Shown: piece after piece, positions 13,533 to 26,369 of the stretch
Layout: each line of letters starts with the position of its first letter
Position numbering within the stretch: the first letter of the stretch is position 1
Assembly (NCBI GenBank): GCA_963693365.1
Contig: CAVNZM010000006.1
Coordinates: 9,737,355 to 9,801,354, forward strand
Length of the DNA: 64,000 nucleotides
Direction: 5' to 3'
Source of the DNA: Amoebidium appalachense
Lineage: Eukaryota; Protista; Ichthyosporea
Translations under genes and position numbers: made by a program
The notes under the pieces: generated by a model
Told to the model about the DNA's origin: nothing
What the model saw: only the letters and a program-made list of their open reading frames with translations
Databases searched by the model: none

Positions 13533-14174
13533 TCCGTCTGCCCGGTAGTCCAACATGAAAGGCCATGTAGCTGCCTGTCAACCCATCACACACGCGCACA
13601 CACCTGCGCACACCATGTCACACACAAACACAAACACACACACTTGTGAATACCCACCAGTGTGTGACGGATGGGGGTCAACTTGATCGGCATGTCGGTA
13701 ATTTATGTATCTAATTGGATAATAACAGCTGCTGTGTACATCTGGATGCCGCCGCACAGTCACAATGGCATGGTTATGACACGCTTATAATTTAGTTTTA
13801 GTATAGCTGTATGTGAAATGCAGGAAGTGTTTAGTGAATTGCTAAAGCCCGAACGTGCACAGATATTTCAGGGCTCAGTTTTGCCCTGATTCTTGGGTTC
13901 ATGTACAGGGACGTGTGCCAGTTTTAATGTTGATAGTTAAATTTTAATATGCTGATGGAGTAGACTCTAAACAACTTTAATGTGCACAAGCCGGCTGACT
14001 TTGCCGAGGTGTACGACCCTGTACAGTAACAATTATTGTGTAAATAAACATTGATCTTGCAGACAATAAAAAAACGGAGCAGCCGATGAAAAATAAAACA
14101 AAGCCAACAACAATTGGTTGTCGAGTTCTGCTTGTCACCTCCGGGGCAGTCGCACGGTTTTTTTTTTTCCCCCT

Positions 14175-14226
<52 letters not shown>

Positions 14227-14650
14227 GAGGAACCCCGCAGCAACCCTACTTCAATTCACCATGGCTATCACAACAGCGCTGTGGTGGTTTACGTTTTATC
14301 ATGATAGCATATGTAGCAAGCAAAGCAAGGTCACATCTGCAGCATACCGACAACTCTAATTTCATACATGCTCTATTCTCGCAACATCCCCCCCCCCCCC
14401 GCCCCCGGTTTCACGAAAAACATACAAAGACCCCACTCACAAAAAAACATGTACAAGAAACGTAACACCACCACCAGTGCATGTTCTTCACAACAGTGAC
14501 CCGAACCGTCTCAATCTTGCCTGTCACTCCCTCGTCTGCCTAGTCAAAAACCACACAGCTATTACCACAAAGGAAGAATATAAGATTTATTGCTGAATAT
14601 ATCCAAGTACATATTATTATCTCACAATCCGTCTATCATCCCCACCCAGG

Positions 14651-14713
14651 GACCCAGAGACCATCTCTCGTAACTATCACTCAGAGACCCAGAGACCATC
14701 TCTCGCAACTATC
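14651..14713. repeat. 35-bp-period tandem duplication just downstream of the VTC1 stop codon
   Basis: GACCCAGAGACCATCTCTCGYAACTATC at 14651 and 14686. Confidence 0.85.
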
Positions 14714-14734
14714 TAACTATCGCTGATTAACAAA

Positions 14735-15490
14735 CTAACTTGGAATCGACGTATTCTCGACGAACATGATAATGTAGTCAAGAACCAAAGCCACAACAAA
14801 CACACCCGTCAACACGGCCGGGCCATATTTTGTGCCATATGGTCCGGGGTCTTTGTTTCTCATCAGCTCGTTTCTCCACAGGAAGATGTGTAGGGAATAT
14901 GCCAGGAATACGAGTGAAATGGGCACGAGCATGACGCCTGCCAGCTTGGCCCATCTTGCCGACTTGGTGCTAGGCCCGAGGTTCATAAGAGCAAGACCGA
15001 TCGTGGAGATGAGGACGGATGTCTTGACCCAGTTGAGGAGCGTTCTCTGTGTGTGTGTGGGTGTGTGTGTGTGTGTGTGGTGGTTGTAGTGGTGGGGGAT
15101 TGACGGAGAGTGGTACAAAGGAATGAACGGTTAACACGTGTTGACATGTCTGTGCTGGTAACTATTGGTGAAGAGGGGTATCCAGAAAACATCTTGATAC
15201 CTTCCAAGAGGAACCATAGCGTCCACCCCCACCCCCCTCCCCCCGCGGGGCATTTTCCCATCCCCACTTCAGCCATACACACATCTGCAGGAGTCATAGA
15301 GGTGGGCAGGCAGAAGAAAAGCCGTGGCGGTGTGCATATGGATGTGCGTGGTGGTGGTGGAAAGGGGGGGAGGGGGGAGGGGTGGAGGGGGAGACGGAGG
15401 GGAGGAGAGGAAGGTGGAGAGAGTGAGAACGGGGTGGAGGTGAGTGGGTAATGGTGGCGGTGGTGGTGTGTGTGTGTGTGTGTGTGTGTG

Positions 15491-15536
<46 letters not shown>

Positions 15537-15607
15537 GAGGGGGGGGAGGAGGAGGGGGAAAGAAAGGTGTTTTTTTTCTTTTTTTCTTTTTCTTTCTTTT
15601 TTTTCTT

Positions 15608-15651
<44 letters not shown>

Positions 15652-17292
15652 TGGGAAGGACGGTGGGTGGGTGGGTTGGAAAAAAAGAAAGCAAGCAGCG
15701 GGGCGTATAGGTGGGAAGGTGGGTGGAGGGGGGAAGACCAAGGGACGAACACATGGCTTTTTGAGAAATTGGCAGCAAGCCGACTTGTGCCTTCAAGGCA
15801 TTCGGAATAAAGACACGCGACGGCCGAACAGGGGCTTTTAGTACATGCTATAAACAAGCACATATAACAAAACACAGGTGAGACACGCCGCACACCCTCC
15901 TCTTACCACCCAGACCACCGCATGCACATCGGATGAAGGCAAAACACTAGTTCTTCATGCACATATTGTTAACCACCACGCACTCCGTGGCTAGCCCTTG
16001 AACACAGAACTCCATCCCAGTGTTTCAGTATACACAAAAATACATCAAACAACTACTGCGCACTAATGCAGGAAAACAACTCGGTCAAACAGGCACAAAC
16101 ACGCGGTGCTAGTTTTAGCACACAAATTACTGGTAGTGGGGCAGGGTGCCAGCAAGCACAGAGGTTGGATGAAGTGAATTGGGAAGAAGGGGGGACCAAG
16201 GACAATACGACTCCCCCCCCCCGTTTCTGACCTGGGGGAGGTGAGGTGGGAAGGAGGGGAACACAAGCACCATTCATCTCAAACCCCCTTCCCCTCCCCC
16301 CCATACGTCTGACACCTTTAACAATCACAAGCTACTCTTAGAGGTTGCAGGAAGCAGATGACAGACCGGAGTGCGCAGAAGGAGATAACGAGAGGGGGTT
16401 GAGAGAGGTGGGCGCGGGCGGGCGGGCGCGGGGGGGGGGGGGGGGGGGGGGGGTTGTGTATGCAAGAGTAGGATGGAACTATGGATGTCTGGAGACAAAC
16501 ACGTCAGAATGTGCCAAAATCAGAAACCCCCCCAAAAAGCAGGCAAGAGACAATAAAACACAGGATACCATCTGGGGGTTTCCGGGGACGAAGGAGTGGG
16601 GGGGGGGGGGGGGGGGGAAGAGAGAGGAGGAAAAGGGGGAAAGGAATTAAACACAGCCAATCATCTGGGGTTTCCGGGGACGAAGGAGTGGGGGGGGGGG
16701 GGGGGGGAAGAGAGAGGAGGAGAAGAGGGGGAGGGGGGGGTAGACTAAAGCTATGCCGACACGCAGATCACAAACAACCGACAGAATCAAAAAAGACTGA
16801 CTGAATCACCAAGCACGCTAACCAATCTCAACAAACGTGGGGTTGTGCTCACATCCAGAGCCAGTGCCGAGAATGCCAGTACAACAGGCAAGGATGCAAA
16901 AAAACAGAAAGCGGGAGAGAAAGACAGACTTAGCCTGGCATATAGAAAAACGAGAGGTTTTTTGGGTGGGGCAGCAGCTGCCATACACGCTTTGGACAGG
17001 TGCACAATCTGGGAAGGCAGGCCCAGGATCTTCAACAACAACAAAAAAATAAAAAATAAAAAAATTGATTGATTCACCAACAATTTACATGCACGTGCTA
17101 CCCGCTACACAGAACCAAAAAACACGACAGAAGCAAATAATGGGATTAAAAAGGGGGTCGAAAGAGCACACCTCTTTGGAGACCACACTTTGGGTTGGCA
17201 AAACAAAGGAAAGCAAAGAAGGGAGCCTATGCAGGAACACACACCTCGTTTGCGAACCAGACTTTGGGTTCGATGTGGTCCTTTCTCCCCAT
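14735..17292 (-). CDS. VTC1: Vacuolar transporter chaperone 1 (DUF202/VTC transmembrane subunit), 119 aa, 2 exons
   Basis: Exon 1 17292-17245 (MGRKDHIEPKVWFANE), GT-AG phase-0 intron, exon 2 15046-14735 (RTLLNWVKTSVLISTIGLALMNL...YSLHIFLWR...GPY...GPAVLT...). The EPKVxFANERTxLxW motif plus three hydrophobic helices without SPX or catalytic domains is the Vtc1 architecture. Confidence 0.92.
16569..16720. repeat. Dispersed duplication of ~60 bp within the VTC1 intron
   Basis: CATCTGGGG(G)TTTCCGGGGACGAAGGAGT(G)nAAGAGAGAGGAG at ~16569 and ~16662. Confidence 0.8.
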
Positions 17293-18933
17293 TGTGTCAG
17301 TGCGTATATGTTTAAACACTAGACTGTTTGTTAAAGAGTTGCCTTTGAATATTAGAGGCAGGTCACACGTACGGCCTACAAGGGAACTTGCGGACAACCA
17401 GGTGAGCTACGTGCGCTATGATCGTATGAAGACAAGTGTATCTTTGCAACCAAGGGCAATATCATATAACAGCAAATGCTAAAAGATGTCAAGTATGCAT
17501 AGCTTTTTATGGGTGAATTATCCAGATGTACCGTCTTGAAAAAACTCCACGTGCATGTTATGTTTGTCAATATCTCCATAATCAACATCAGCACACTGGC
17601 GACAAAGCTGTGTGCACAAGCACTGACTTTGTCCTTGGTCAGGGTTCGGAATTACGACATTGAAACCAGGGCTTGAGTAGCTGTTATTGGTAATAAATTC
17701 GTGAATACTATTGGGAGAAAAAGGAAATTACATCAACCAACCAGATCTCAACAAAGAGCAACGCCGGTTCAATCAGATTAGCCATATATAGATATTTAAA
17801 AAAACCGTTTTTACGAGAGGGTGCCCTACGTGACGTGCGTGATCATTTCTTCTGACATAAAAGTTGTCAATAGAGTGTTAACTACTAAAAACCGATATAT
17901 TAATGTAGCATCGGTGTTGTGACGATTTGGAAACCTACCTGTATAAATTTGGGAAGAAGAGAGGGAGAATATTCTTTGAGTTTACGTCTCGGAATCCTGC
18001 GCGGATGTCTCAGCGGCCTGAGGAAGAATTCTGGCATGACAGGGTTACAATTCAGGACGCGATAAAACCAAATGAAAACAGAGGGTGTATAACTGTAATT
18101 GGTGAACTAGAATAAATTATGATTGGGCGGCAAAGGTGATTGGTTGGCTCGGTCTTAGCCAACCAGATCTCGACAAATAGCAACGTGGGTTCAGAGGAAA
18201 TTATGGGTGGCGGCTCATTCTAATATCATAGTTCATTGACAAACAACCTGAGGCATACAAATAACATACAGCCACAACAAATAGCTACCCTAAGTATGGG
18301 TGCATGGCAGCATAGTATATTAAAAGTGTTGTAAAGGCCTACATCGACTCAGTCTGCAAACCTGCACGGCTTTGCACACCACTGCGGCACGTGAATACAC
18401 AATCACATAATATCCAAAAGTGATCCGTGATATACATCCAATAAATAATAACAAGAAAGACACGCGGGCTTGCCCTATTCATGTAAAAGGTTGTCGATAG
18501 GAAAGTATAATCGCCCGAAGCCTTATGTAAACTTCTATTTTTCCAGAAAATACATAGAATTACAATAATCTATTACCATTATTAGGCAGCCTCTTATTTC
18601 TGTTGTGAGCTGTTGTAGAACTTGCTTGTGCGATCACGAGGTTCCTGCATGAATGTTCCATCCAATAAAATCGTTTACAGTATTTGCCAAAAATAGTTGT
18701 TGCTTTTGTTGCTTCGCGCTTCTGTTAGCTACAACTGTTTTATCTGGGCGCCTTCAACCAAGTTTCCGTTTCTGTTGAGTGTGACTGTAGTAGGATTGGG
18801 GTCACCATTTTTTCTCTTGCCTTCGGTTGTTCAGCGGGAAACTTCACTGTAATATTTTTTAGCAGCTAAGATTTAACACATCTGCCAGCGTAACATACAC
18901 AAAGGGGCCCCATAGGCCATATCACCCGCAAAC
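17293..18933. promoter_or_regulatory. Divergent (putative bidirectional) promoter region shared by VTC1 and VTC4
   Basis: 1641 bp between opposed start codons, AT-richer and free of poly-C tracts. CACGTG at 17548-17553 and 18388-18393; imperfect 35-bp direct repeat at 17737-17771 and 18159-18193. Confidence 0.6.
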
Positions 18934-19273
18934 ATGAAGTTCGGCAAGCACCTTCTGGGGAACATGCCCCCAGAATGGCGCTTCAACTTCATCGACTACA
19001 GTGGGCTCAAGTACTTTATGAAGAGCAATGTTGCAGCCACCGCGTGGGATGACAACCTAGAGGCTAAGTTCATAACCATGCTGGAGGAAGAGTTGAAAAA
19101 GGTGCGCGCCTGAGCCTTGTGTCTGTCTGTGCAGGCGGATGTGCGGTGGTGTGTATGTGTAGGCCTGCCTGTTGGGATTTTGCGTGTGCGTGTTTATGTG
19201 CGAGTTGAGCGGCTGTGTGCGTATGTATGTGCGTATGCATGTGGATGTGTGTGTGTGCGCGCGCATGTGTGCA

Positions 19274-19350
<77 letters not shown>

Positions 19351-21538
19351 AGGTACGTGTTGTGTCGTGTGTGGTGAATAGGGTAGATGATGATGCTCTC
19401 AACATGTTTGTATCGGTGCTTTTTGTCTTCCTGTGCACATCGGCGGCTTACTTTGTCTTGTGTGGATCCTGTTGCGCCACCCATTGCAGTTTCCACGGAG
19501 GTGCATGAACCCACAAACTCCCAGCTCTGTTTGCCAGTAGACTGCAGTGCATTGGTCCTTTCATGACCCCTCCCCTCCGCTACCCACCCCCAACTCCACC
19601 ACCTATGTAAGCCCTCAATAAAGCCCTTTCTCCCCCGTGACAATATACTCGGTTTTACAGACACCTTCACCTCAGCTCTTGACCTTACTTCTATGCACTA
19701 CTTTCGTTCCCAGGTGATTCACACTTTGTATGCCGGAATGATGAGCTTCCCCCCCTCCTCCCCTCCCCCTCCCCCCCCCCCCCCCCCCCCCCCTCTCCTT
19801 CTTTTCCTTCTTTCGCTCTTTGCTTCCTGAGGGTTCTCCCTCTAGTAGGCTGCATGGGTTTCCTTCTGTAGAGGCAGAGGCTTGCAAAAAAACACCCATG
19901 CTTCTTCCCCCCCCCCCCCTCCCCCCCCCCCCCCCCCCCCCCCCCCCCGCCCTCCCCTCGCTTTTCGTCGTATTTACTCTCCCCTATTCCGGCCACCACC
20001 ATCTGCGCACTTTCAAACTTTCTCGGAGCTCTCCGTCCTCTCTTCCCCCTGCCATATATTATAGTGTTGCTTGCATAAGGCCTATACGAATGGATACCCT
20101 CCCCTTTTTGTCAATGGGTTCTTGTTGTCTTGCTATGCCTTGCTGTACCCCCCTCCCTCAGTCTTGCTTATTATGTATCTTTGTGTGCTCACCTTGCATT
20201 GTGTCGGTCCGTCGTGAATGTGTATTTCGCGAACTCGGTAACACATTCTAAGCCTTCTCTCCTTCACGGGGGCTTTGGTTAACTATTTCTGCCTGCTCCG
20301 TTTTTGTGGCTTCGTTTTGTGTTTTTGTGTTGATGTCTTTGTCGCTATGCTAACTAATGTCACCCTTGAATACATCACCCCCCTTCCTTCCGCCTCCCCC
20401 CCCCCCCTTCCCCCCCATAAGCATCCACTTTATTCCACTTTTCCTACTGTCGTGTGGACCCACGAGCATCGAAGGGCGCTCACACTCACACTCGCACACC
20501 AACCCAACCGCTCACGTTGTTGTTCGTTGCAGGTGTCAGACTTCGGCTACGTGAAATACAACGAACTCTCCCGGCACGTTCAGTACGTCGAGCAGCAAAT
20601 AAACAAATTGCCAGATCCGGCCACCTCCCCCCGTGCCCCAGAACTGAAACTGGAGATGGACGGAATTACAGAGGACATTACAAAACTGTCGAGCTTCAAC
20701 TCGCTAAATTTTACTGCGTTCGTAAAAATCCTAAAGAAACACGACAAGGTCACGTCGTACAAGCTCAAACACACGTTCCTTGCACGGTTAACGGCACAGC
20801 CGTTCTACAAGGAGACATTTGATTCGCTGATTGTCACACTGTCGACTCTCTACGACCGACTCAAACCCAAAGACAAACTATCAGAAAAAGCGCCCATGGG
20901 TGAGCCACTGACATTCCAAAAACGCACAACCAAGTACTGGGTGCACCCGGACAACATCACGGCGGTGAAAGTGTACATCTTGCAGAACCTGCCGGTGCTG
21001 CAGTACAAGAAGGACCCGACGATGGGCAAGGGCTATGACAACACCATCACCTCGGTCTACTATGACAACGAACAGCTGCAGGTGCGCTTGCTTCTTCTAC
21101 CCCCCCCCCCCCCCCCCCCCCCCCCCCACACACACACCCATACATTCACACACCCCCACACATACACACACACACACTCTCTCTCTCTCTCTCATCTCTT
21201 AACTGTTTGCTTTTGCATATCTCCTCTTCCGTGCATCTCATCGTGTAGTTGTTATCACTTTAAGTGTTCCACATTCTTCCCCCCCCCCCCCCCCCCCCCA
21301 CGCCGCCGCCAAAAAAAAAAAAATAATAATAAATATATATATATATACACAGACAGACACAGCATGTGTTGCATGCTTTGGGTGCATTGGCTTCTACACG
21401 GGATTCCATATGCATCATTTTCCGTGTGTCACTTTCCTTATGCTAAGATCTACTCCTTTCCCCAATCTACCTGACCTGTCATTATTGTCCTTTTTATTTG
21501 CCTTCTAAGGTTCAGACGTACGACATGATCTTCTAGCA

Positions 21539-21573
<35 letters not shown>

Positions 21574-22743
21574 TCCCGGGTGGAGGTAACTGGTTACAAC
21601 TTGCTGTCTGTGGCTGGGTACTGTGGGCAAGAAGGGGTGGGTGAAAGTTGTTGGGTTTGTATGGCTGGGCGGGAATGGCCGTGTGGTTAGGTAGGCAATG
21701 GGGCGGGTGGGTGGTTGTGTGTCTGTGTGGTGGTGGTGATGGTTTGGAGAGGGGGGGGGGGGGGGGGGGGGGGGGGGGTAAGAGGGGGGGGAGAAGGAGG
21801 TGGGTGCGGTGCATTGGGCCTGAATGAGGGCCGGTGCGAGGTTGGTAGTGGGATGAACGCCGGCGTAACCCCCCCCCCTTCCCCTTCACCCCTCCCAACC
21901 CCTTCCTCATCCGCCCAAGTCCAACACGTACAGTAATGCTACCAAGCACGCACACACACATGTATGCTCGCAATCAAATTTGAATAAACACCACGTACTT
22001 GACAGACACAGGTGCACTCGCACATACACAGACACACTTTCCTTTCGAGCTTCTGTGCCGGTTGCTGCACAAGTGGTCTTTATGGATGACCAAACACTGA
22101 AAAGATGAGTGACATAGTCCTTGTAACATAGCTACATAACTAACATGGTGTGTATTTTCCTCACAGCATTACCACGACGTCTATGAGAAGAAGGATGGTG
22201 CGCAGACAATCCGTTTCCGCTACTACGGTGCCACCCCACAGGAGGTCTACGTGGAGAGGAAAACATACAGGGAGGAGCGTAGTGGTAGCGACAGTCTGAC
22301 GGAGCGGCTGGTGTTGAAAGAGAAACACGTCAGTGGGCTTGTGGCTGGCACGTTCAAGCTGGAGGATAGGGTGGAGAAGATGAAGGCAAGGGGACGCACG
22401 GAGGAACAGATCAATGCTACGGTGTGTATTCAATGTGTGTGACTGCTCTGCTTCCTTTGATGTGCTTGCATTATGACATGGTGGGTGTTAAAGGCATTAC
22501 ATCCAGATATCAAAGGTAGGAGCAATCCCCCCCCCCCCCCCCCCCCCCCCTGGGGGGGACTTTTTGCAAATAGTATCACCCTGAGTCTCAGGGGTTGATA
22601 TAAGCAGCAGCGGCCTTTTGAGTTAACATGATGTCATGACCGCAATCCTTATTCGTGATTCCTCTTCAGCCAACCCCACCAATACCAATCCCCAAACGAA
22701 CCACCTATACCGATTCACACGCACAACCGCACGCACGCACCCT

Positions 22744-22774
<31 letters not shown>

Positions 22775-22946
22775 TCCATACGCACACACACACCTCTCCA
22801 TTCTGCCGGTGACACCTTTTTCTTTCCACGTGCAGGTGCAGCTGGCCAATGAGGTGCAGGGCATGGTAGCCAGCCAGAGTCTGGGCCCAGCTGTGCGCAC
22901 CACATACCACCGCACAGCATTCCAGCACCCCACAGACAACGAGGTA

Positions 22947-22986
<40 letters not shown>

Positions 22987-23155
22987 ACCCCCCCACACAC
23001 ACACACACACACGCACACACACACGCACACCACCACCACCACCACACACACACCCTTTTACCATTGCACCCACCCATCCACCTGCCCCTTACCCTTGCTG
23101 CTCTGTAGGCACTGCATCCCTGCTACTGCACTGCCCACGAACAGACCCTTTGAGA

Positions 23156-23209
<54 letters not shown>

Positions 23210-23705
23210 TCCCCCTGCCCCCCTTCTATTCAAATTATGGGACCCGTGATCCCCCCCCCCCCCTCTCTTCCTCCTTCCCTCCCCTCCTCACCCCCCCCCC
23301 CCCCCCCCCTCTCTTTACCCGTTTGCCTTGACACACACCCTAAATGTGCACGTGCACACCCATCCTGATGCGACCTCACAGGTGCGGGTGACACTTGACA
23401 CGGACCTTGTGATGGTGCGTGAGTGGGGCAAGAACGGAGACAGCTGGTGCCGCAAGGATGTGCGTGCGCCCTACGACACCATCCCCCAGAACGAGCTCGT
23501 GCACTTCCCCTATGCCGTGCTGGAGGTCAAGGTGGCTGGGGGTGCACCTGTGCCCGCATGGGTGGCCGAGCTGACGGGGGGCCACCTGGTCGAGCCCGTG
23601 CTGCGGTTCAGCAAGTTTGTGCACGGCTGTGCCACCCTGCTGGAGAAGAGGGTGCGCCTGCTGCCCTTCTGGCTGCCCCAGATGGAGAAGGTCTGCTGCC
23701 CCCTG

Positions 23706-23747
<42 letters not shown>

Positions 23748-23949
23748 CTCCCCCACCGGTGCCCGGCCCAACCTCGTGGGGCCCGGCAGGATGCTCCCTG
23801 CATGAAGGTACTCTATCCTAAGAGATGCACCCTGCCCTACCTGACCCCAATGGCTAGTGTCTGTTGAGTCAGTGCGGGTGTCGTTGATATTGTTGGTTAG
23901 CTTACTGCTGTTACTGCGGATTCTCTGTAATAAAAAAATCCCCCCCCCC

Positions 23950-23980
<31 letters not shown>

Positions 23981-24421
23981 AAACATACACACACACACAC
24001 ACAACACACGTACTTCTCTGTCCTCCTGCTCGACACTCACATCTCTCACACGCAGGATATCCGCAAAGCGCCCAAGCCAGCACCTCTGCCTGTGGCATCG
24101 TCCAGCCATGGGGACCTTATTGAGCCAGCCAGCACATCCACGTTTGGGGGCCTAGACAGGCAGGCCAGCAGCCTTGGTGCGGATGATGACGAGGAGGATG
24201 ACGATGAGGGAGACGAGACGGCCCAGCTGCTGGGCCAGAAGAAGAAGAACATCCGCATACTCAGCGCCCTGGGCAAGCCCACCTCCGGAGAGGTACACAT
24301 GCTTTACCACCCCCTCCCCCCTCCTCCTCCCCCCTCTCCCCTCAACCCTCCACACACCCCCAACCCCAACCGTCCTTTTTTCAGTCTGTGCTTCCAAGGT
24401 TGCTACGCCTCTAATGCATAG

Positions 24422-24456
<35 letters not shown>

Positions 24457-24726
24457 CCCCCCCTCTCTCTCTCTCCCCCGTCCGCCTTCCCCTTCCCCAC
24501 CTTCCCCTTCCCCCCGGCCAGCTACGTTAAGCTCAAATCTCTCGTTTCCCCCTCCCCCTCCCCCTCCCCTCTTTTAACAAGCTTACACACCGGGCTCTGA
24601 TACCTTGTTCTTCGTGTCTAGAACCCAGGCCCCTGTGTATTTTCGCTCCTCTGTCCCCCCCCCCCCCCCCCCCCCCCCCGCCCTTCTCCACCTCCCTGCA
24701 TCCAGCAAGATAACACATGCCATTAG

Positions 24727-24760
<34 letters not shown>

Positions 24761-25429
24761 CGGCAAGCCGGGAGTAGTGGTGGGAAGGGGGTGGATACGT
24801 GTGGTGTGTGTGTGTGTTCTGGGGGGGGGGGGGGGGGGGGGGGGGAGGGGGGGGGATGAGAGGGATTTTCGAGCCGGGGGCCAGAGTGAAGTCGGATATG
24901 GGGGCTAGGAGGTCATGATGTTAAGGAGGTGAGGTTGGGTTGGCTTTCCTTGACCGCCTATGAACCCCTCTTGCATGGCCTCCATCTCATATGTTCCCTA
25001 TTTCCTCCCTTCCAGGCAGCAGACAAGAACAAAGGCAAGTCCAAGCCGGTGCTTGCCCCCATCAAGGTGGAGCCCAAGGTGTACTTTGCCAACGAGCGCA
25101 CGTTCCTCAACTGGCTGCACACGGCCGTGCTGATCAGCACCATAGCCCTGGCCCTGCTCAACCTGCATGGCTCCTCAAAGGGCCACAGGGGCAAGGCAAG
25201 CAAGATTGCCGGCGTCACCCTCCTCCCCGTTGCCATGCTGTTTTTGGTCTATGCCCTGTACATCTACTTCTGGCGCCATACAAAAATTTTGGCGCGGTAT
25301 CCCGGTCCATATAACACGGTGGGGGGGCCGGTGCTGCTCACGAGTGTGTTTATTGGTACGCTGCTGCTGAACTACATCGTGTGGTTTGTAGAGAACGGCA
25401 CGGATCCGTCGCAGTGGGGGAAGATCTAG
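18934..25429 (+). CDS. VTC4: Polyphosphate polymerase VTC4-like (SPX + VTC catalytic tunnel + DUF202 TM), ~679 aa, 7 exons
   Basis: Exons 18934-19101, 20533-21081, 22167-22421, 22836-22943, 23382-23690, 24056-24292, 25016-25429. SPX motifs MKFGKHL...IDYSGLK and LNFTAFVKILKKHDK. Catalytic-domain motifs TTKYWVHPDN, ITSVYYDN, IRFRYYG, VERKT, YHRTAFQ, VRVTLDT, FPYAVLEVK, FSKFVHG, PFWLPQM. C-terminal EPKVYFANERTFLNW. Confidence 0.93.
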
Positions 25430-26300
25430 AGGGTTAATGGGTGTGTGGCGGTAGGTATAACATGGTGGGTGCTTGTGGGTTGTTGAAGAAACATTGATCA
25501 CCATGTCGATGGAAAGTTATCTCGGCTAAGGGCGTCGAGTTTATTCTATTTGGTCAAACGGGGGGGGGGGGGGCAACATAGGTGTCGTTGTATCATATGT
25601 AGTCTTGGGCCATTTGGCATAACAGGCAATGCTCGCTGATTGTGTGTTTTGTAGAATTGTTGTTTTTAATAATGTGTCTCTGTGTCAGTGAGTACAGTAA
25701 CGTTGAAAGGCTACAGAACTTAAATTAGCATCTAGTAGTAAGATAAATTGATCACGGGTGTGGGATACATGTACGGATCAGGTTTGTGATTAATAACTGT
25801 TGTGCGTGGTTGAGGATAAGATATTATCCGGAATGCAATTGATAGACCATGCCCAAACTTCAAGGTATTGACATTTGTTGATGTATTGACTCCACACTGT
25901 GACAACGTAGGTGGCCAGTGGTCACCTATCGCTTATTTTGTCAGATGCAAAAAATATATCTAAACTTGAGTACCTGCGACCTCCTTTTTCCTTGGCTTTT
26001 GGCGCAGACATTCGCATTAGTTTCTTCGCTTGTCGAGTGTAGCTCCACAGCTGAATTTGTTTCTTGGGTAGGCTAAGAAAATCACTCCCCTCGTACCCCC
26101 CCCCTTTCTCCCCCTTGATCGTGATGACTTGGGCCCCCTTAGCCTAAGGATGGATTCTGCTGATAAAGCATGCTCGATGCGTGCGTTGCACAATCAGCGC
26201 TGTGTTGTCTGTCGTGCATTTTGTACTTTACACTCGGGAGTCTGTATGTGTAATGACTTGGGTGGCATACGTCAATTCAACCCCCCCCCCCCTCCCCCCC

Positions 26301-26369
<69 letters not shown>

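Noticed and set aside
18934-25429. Calling the SPX-VTC gene VTC2/VTC3
   Set aside because: The motifs carrying Vtc4 catalytic residues (TTKYW, RxR, ERKT, LEVK, FSKF) are intact and there is no long post-TM tail. A phylogeny is still needed to exclude it formally.
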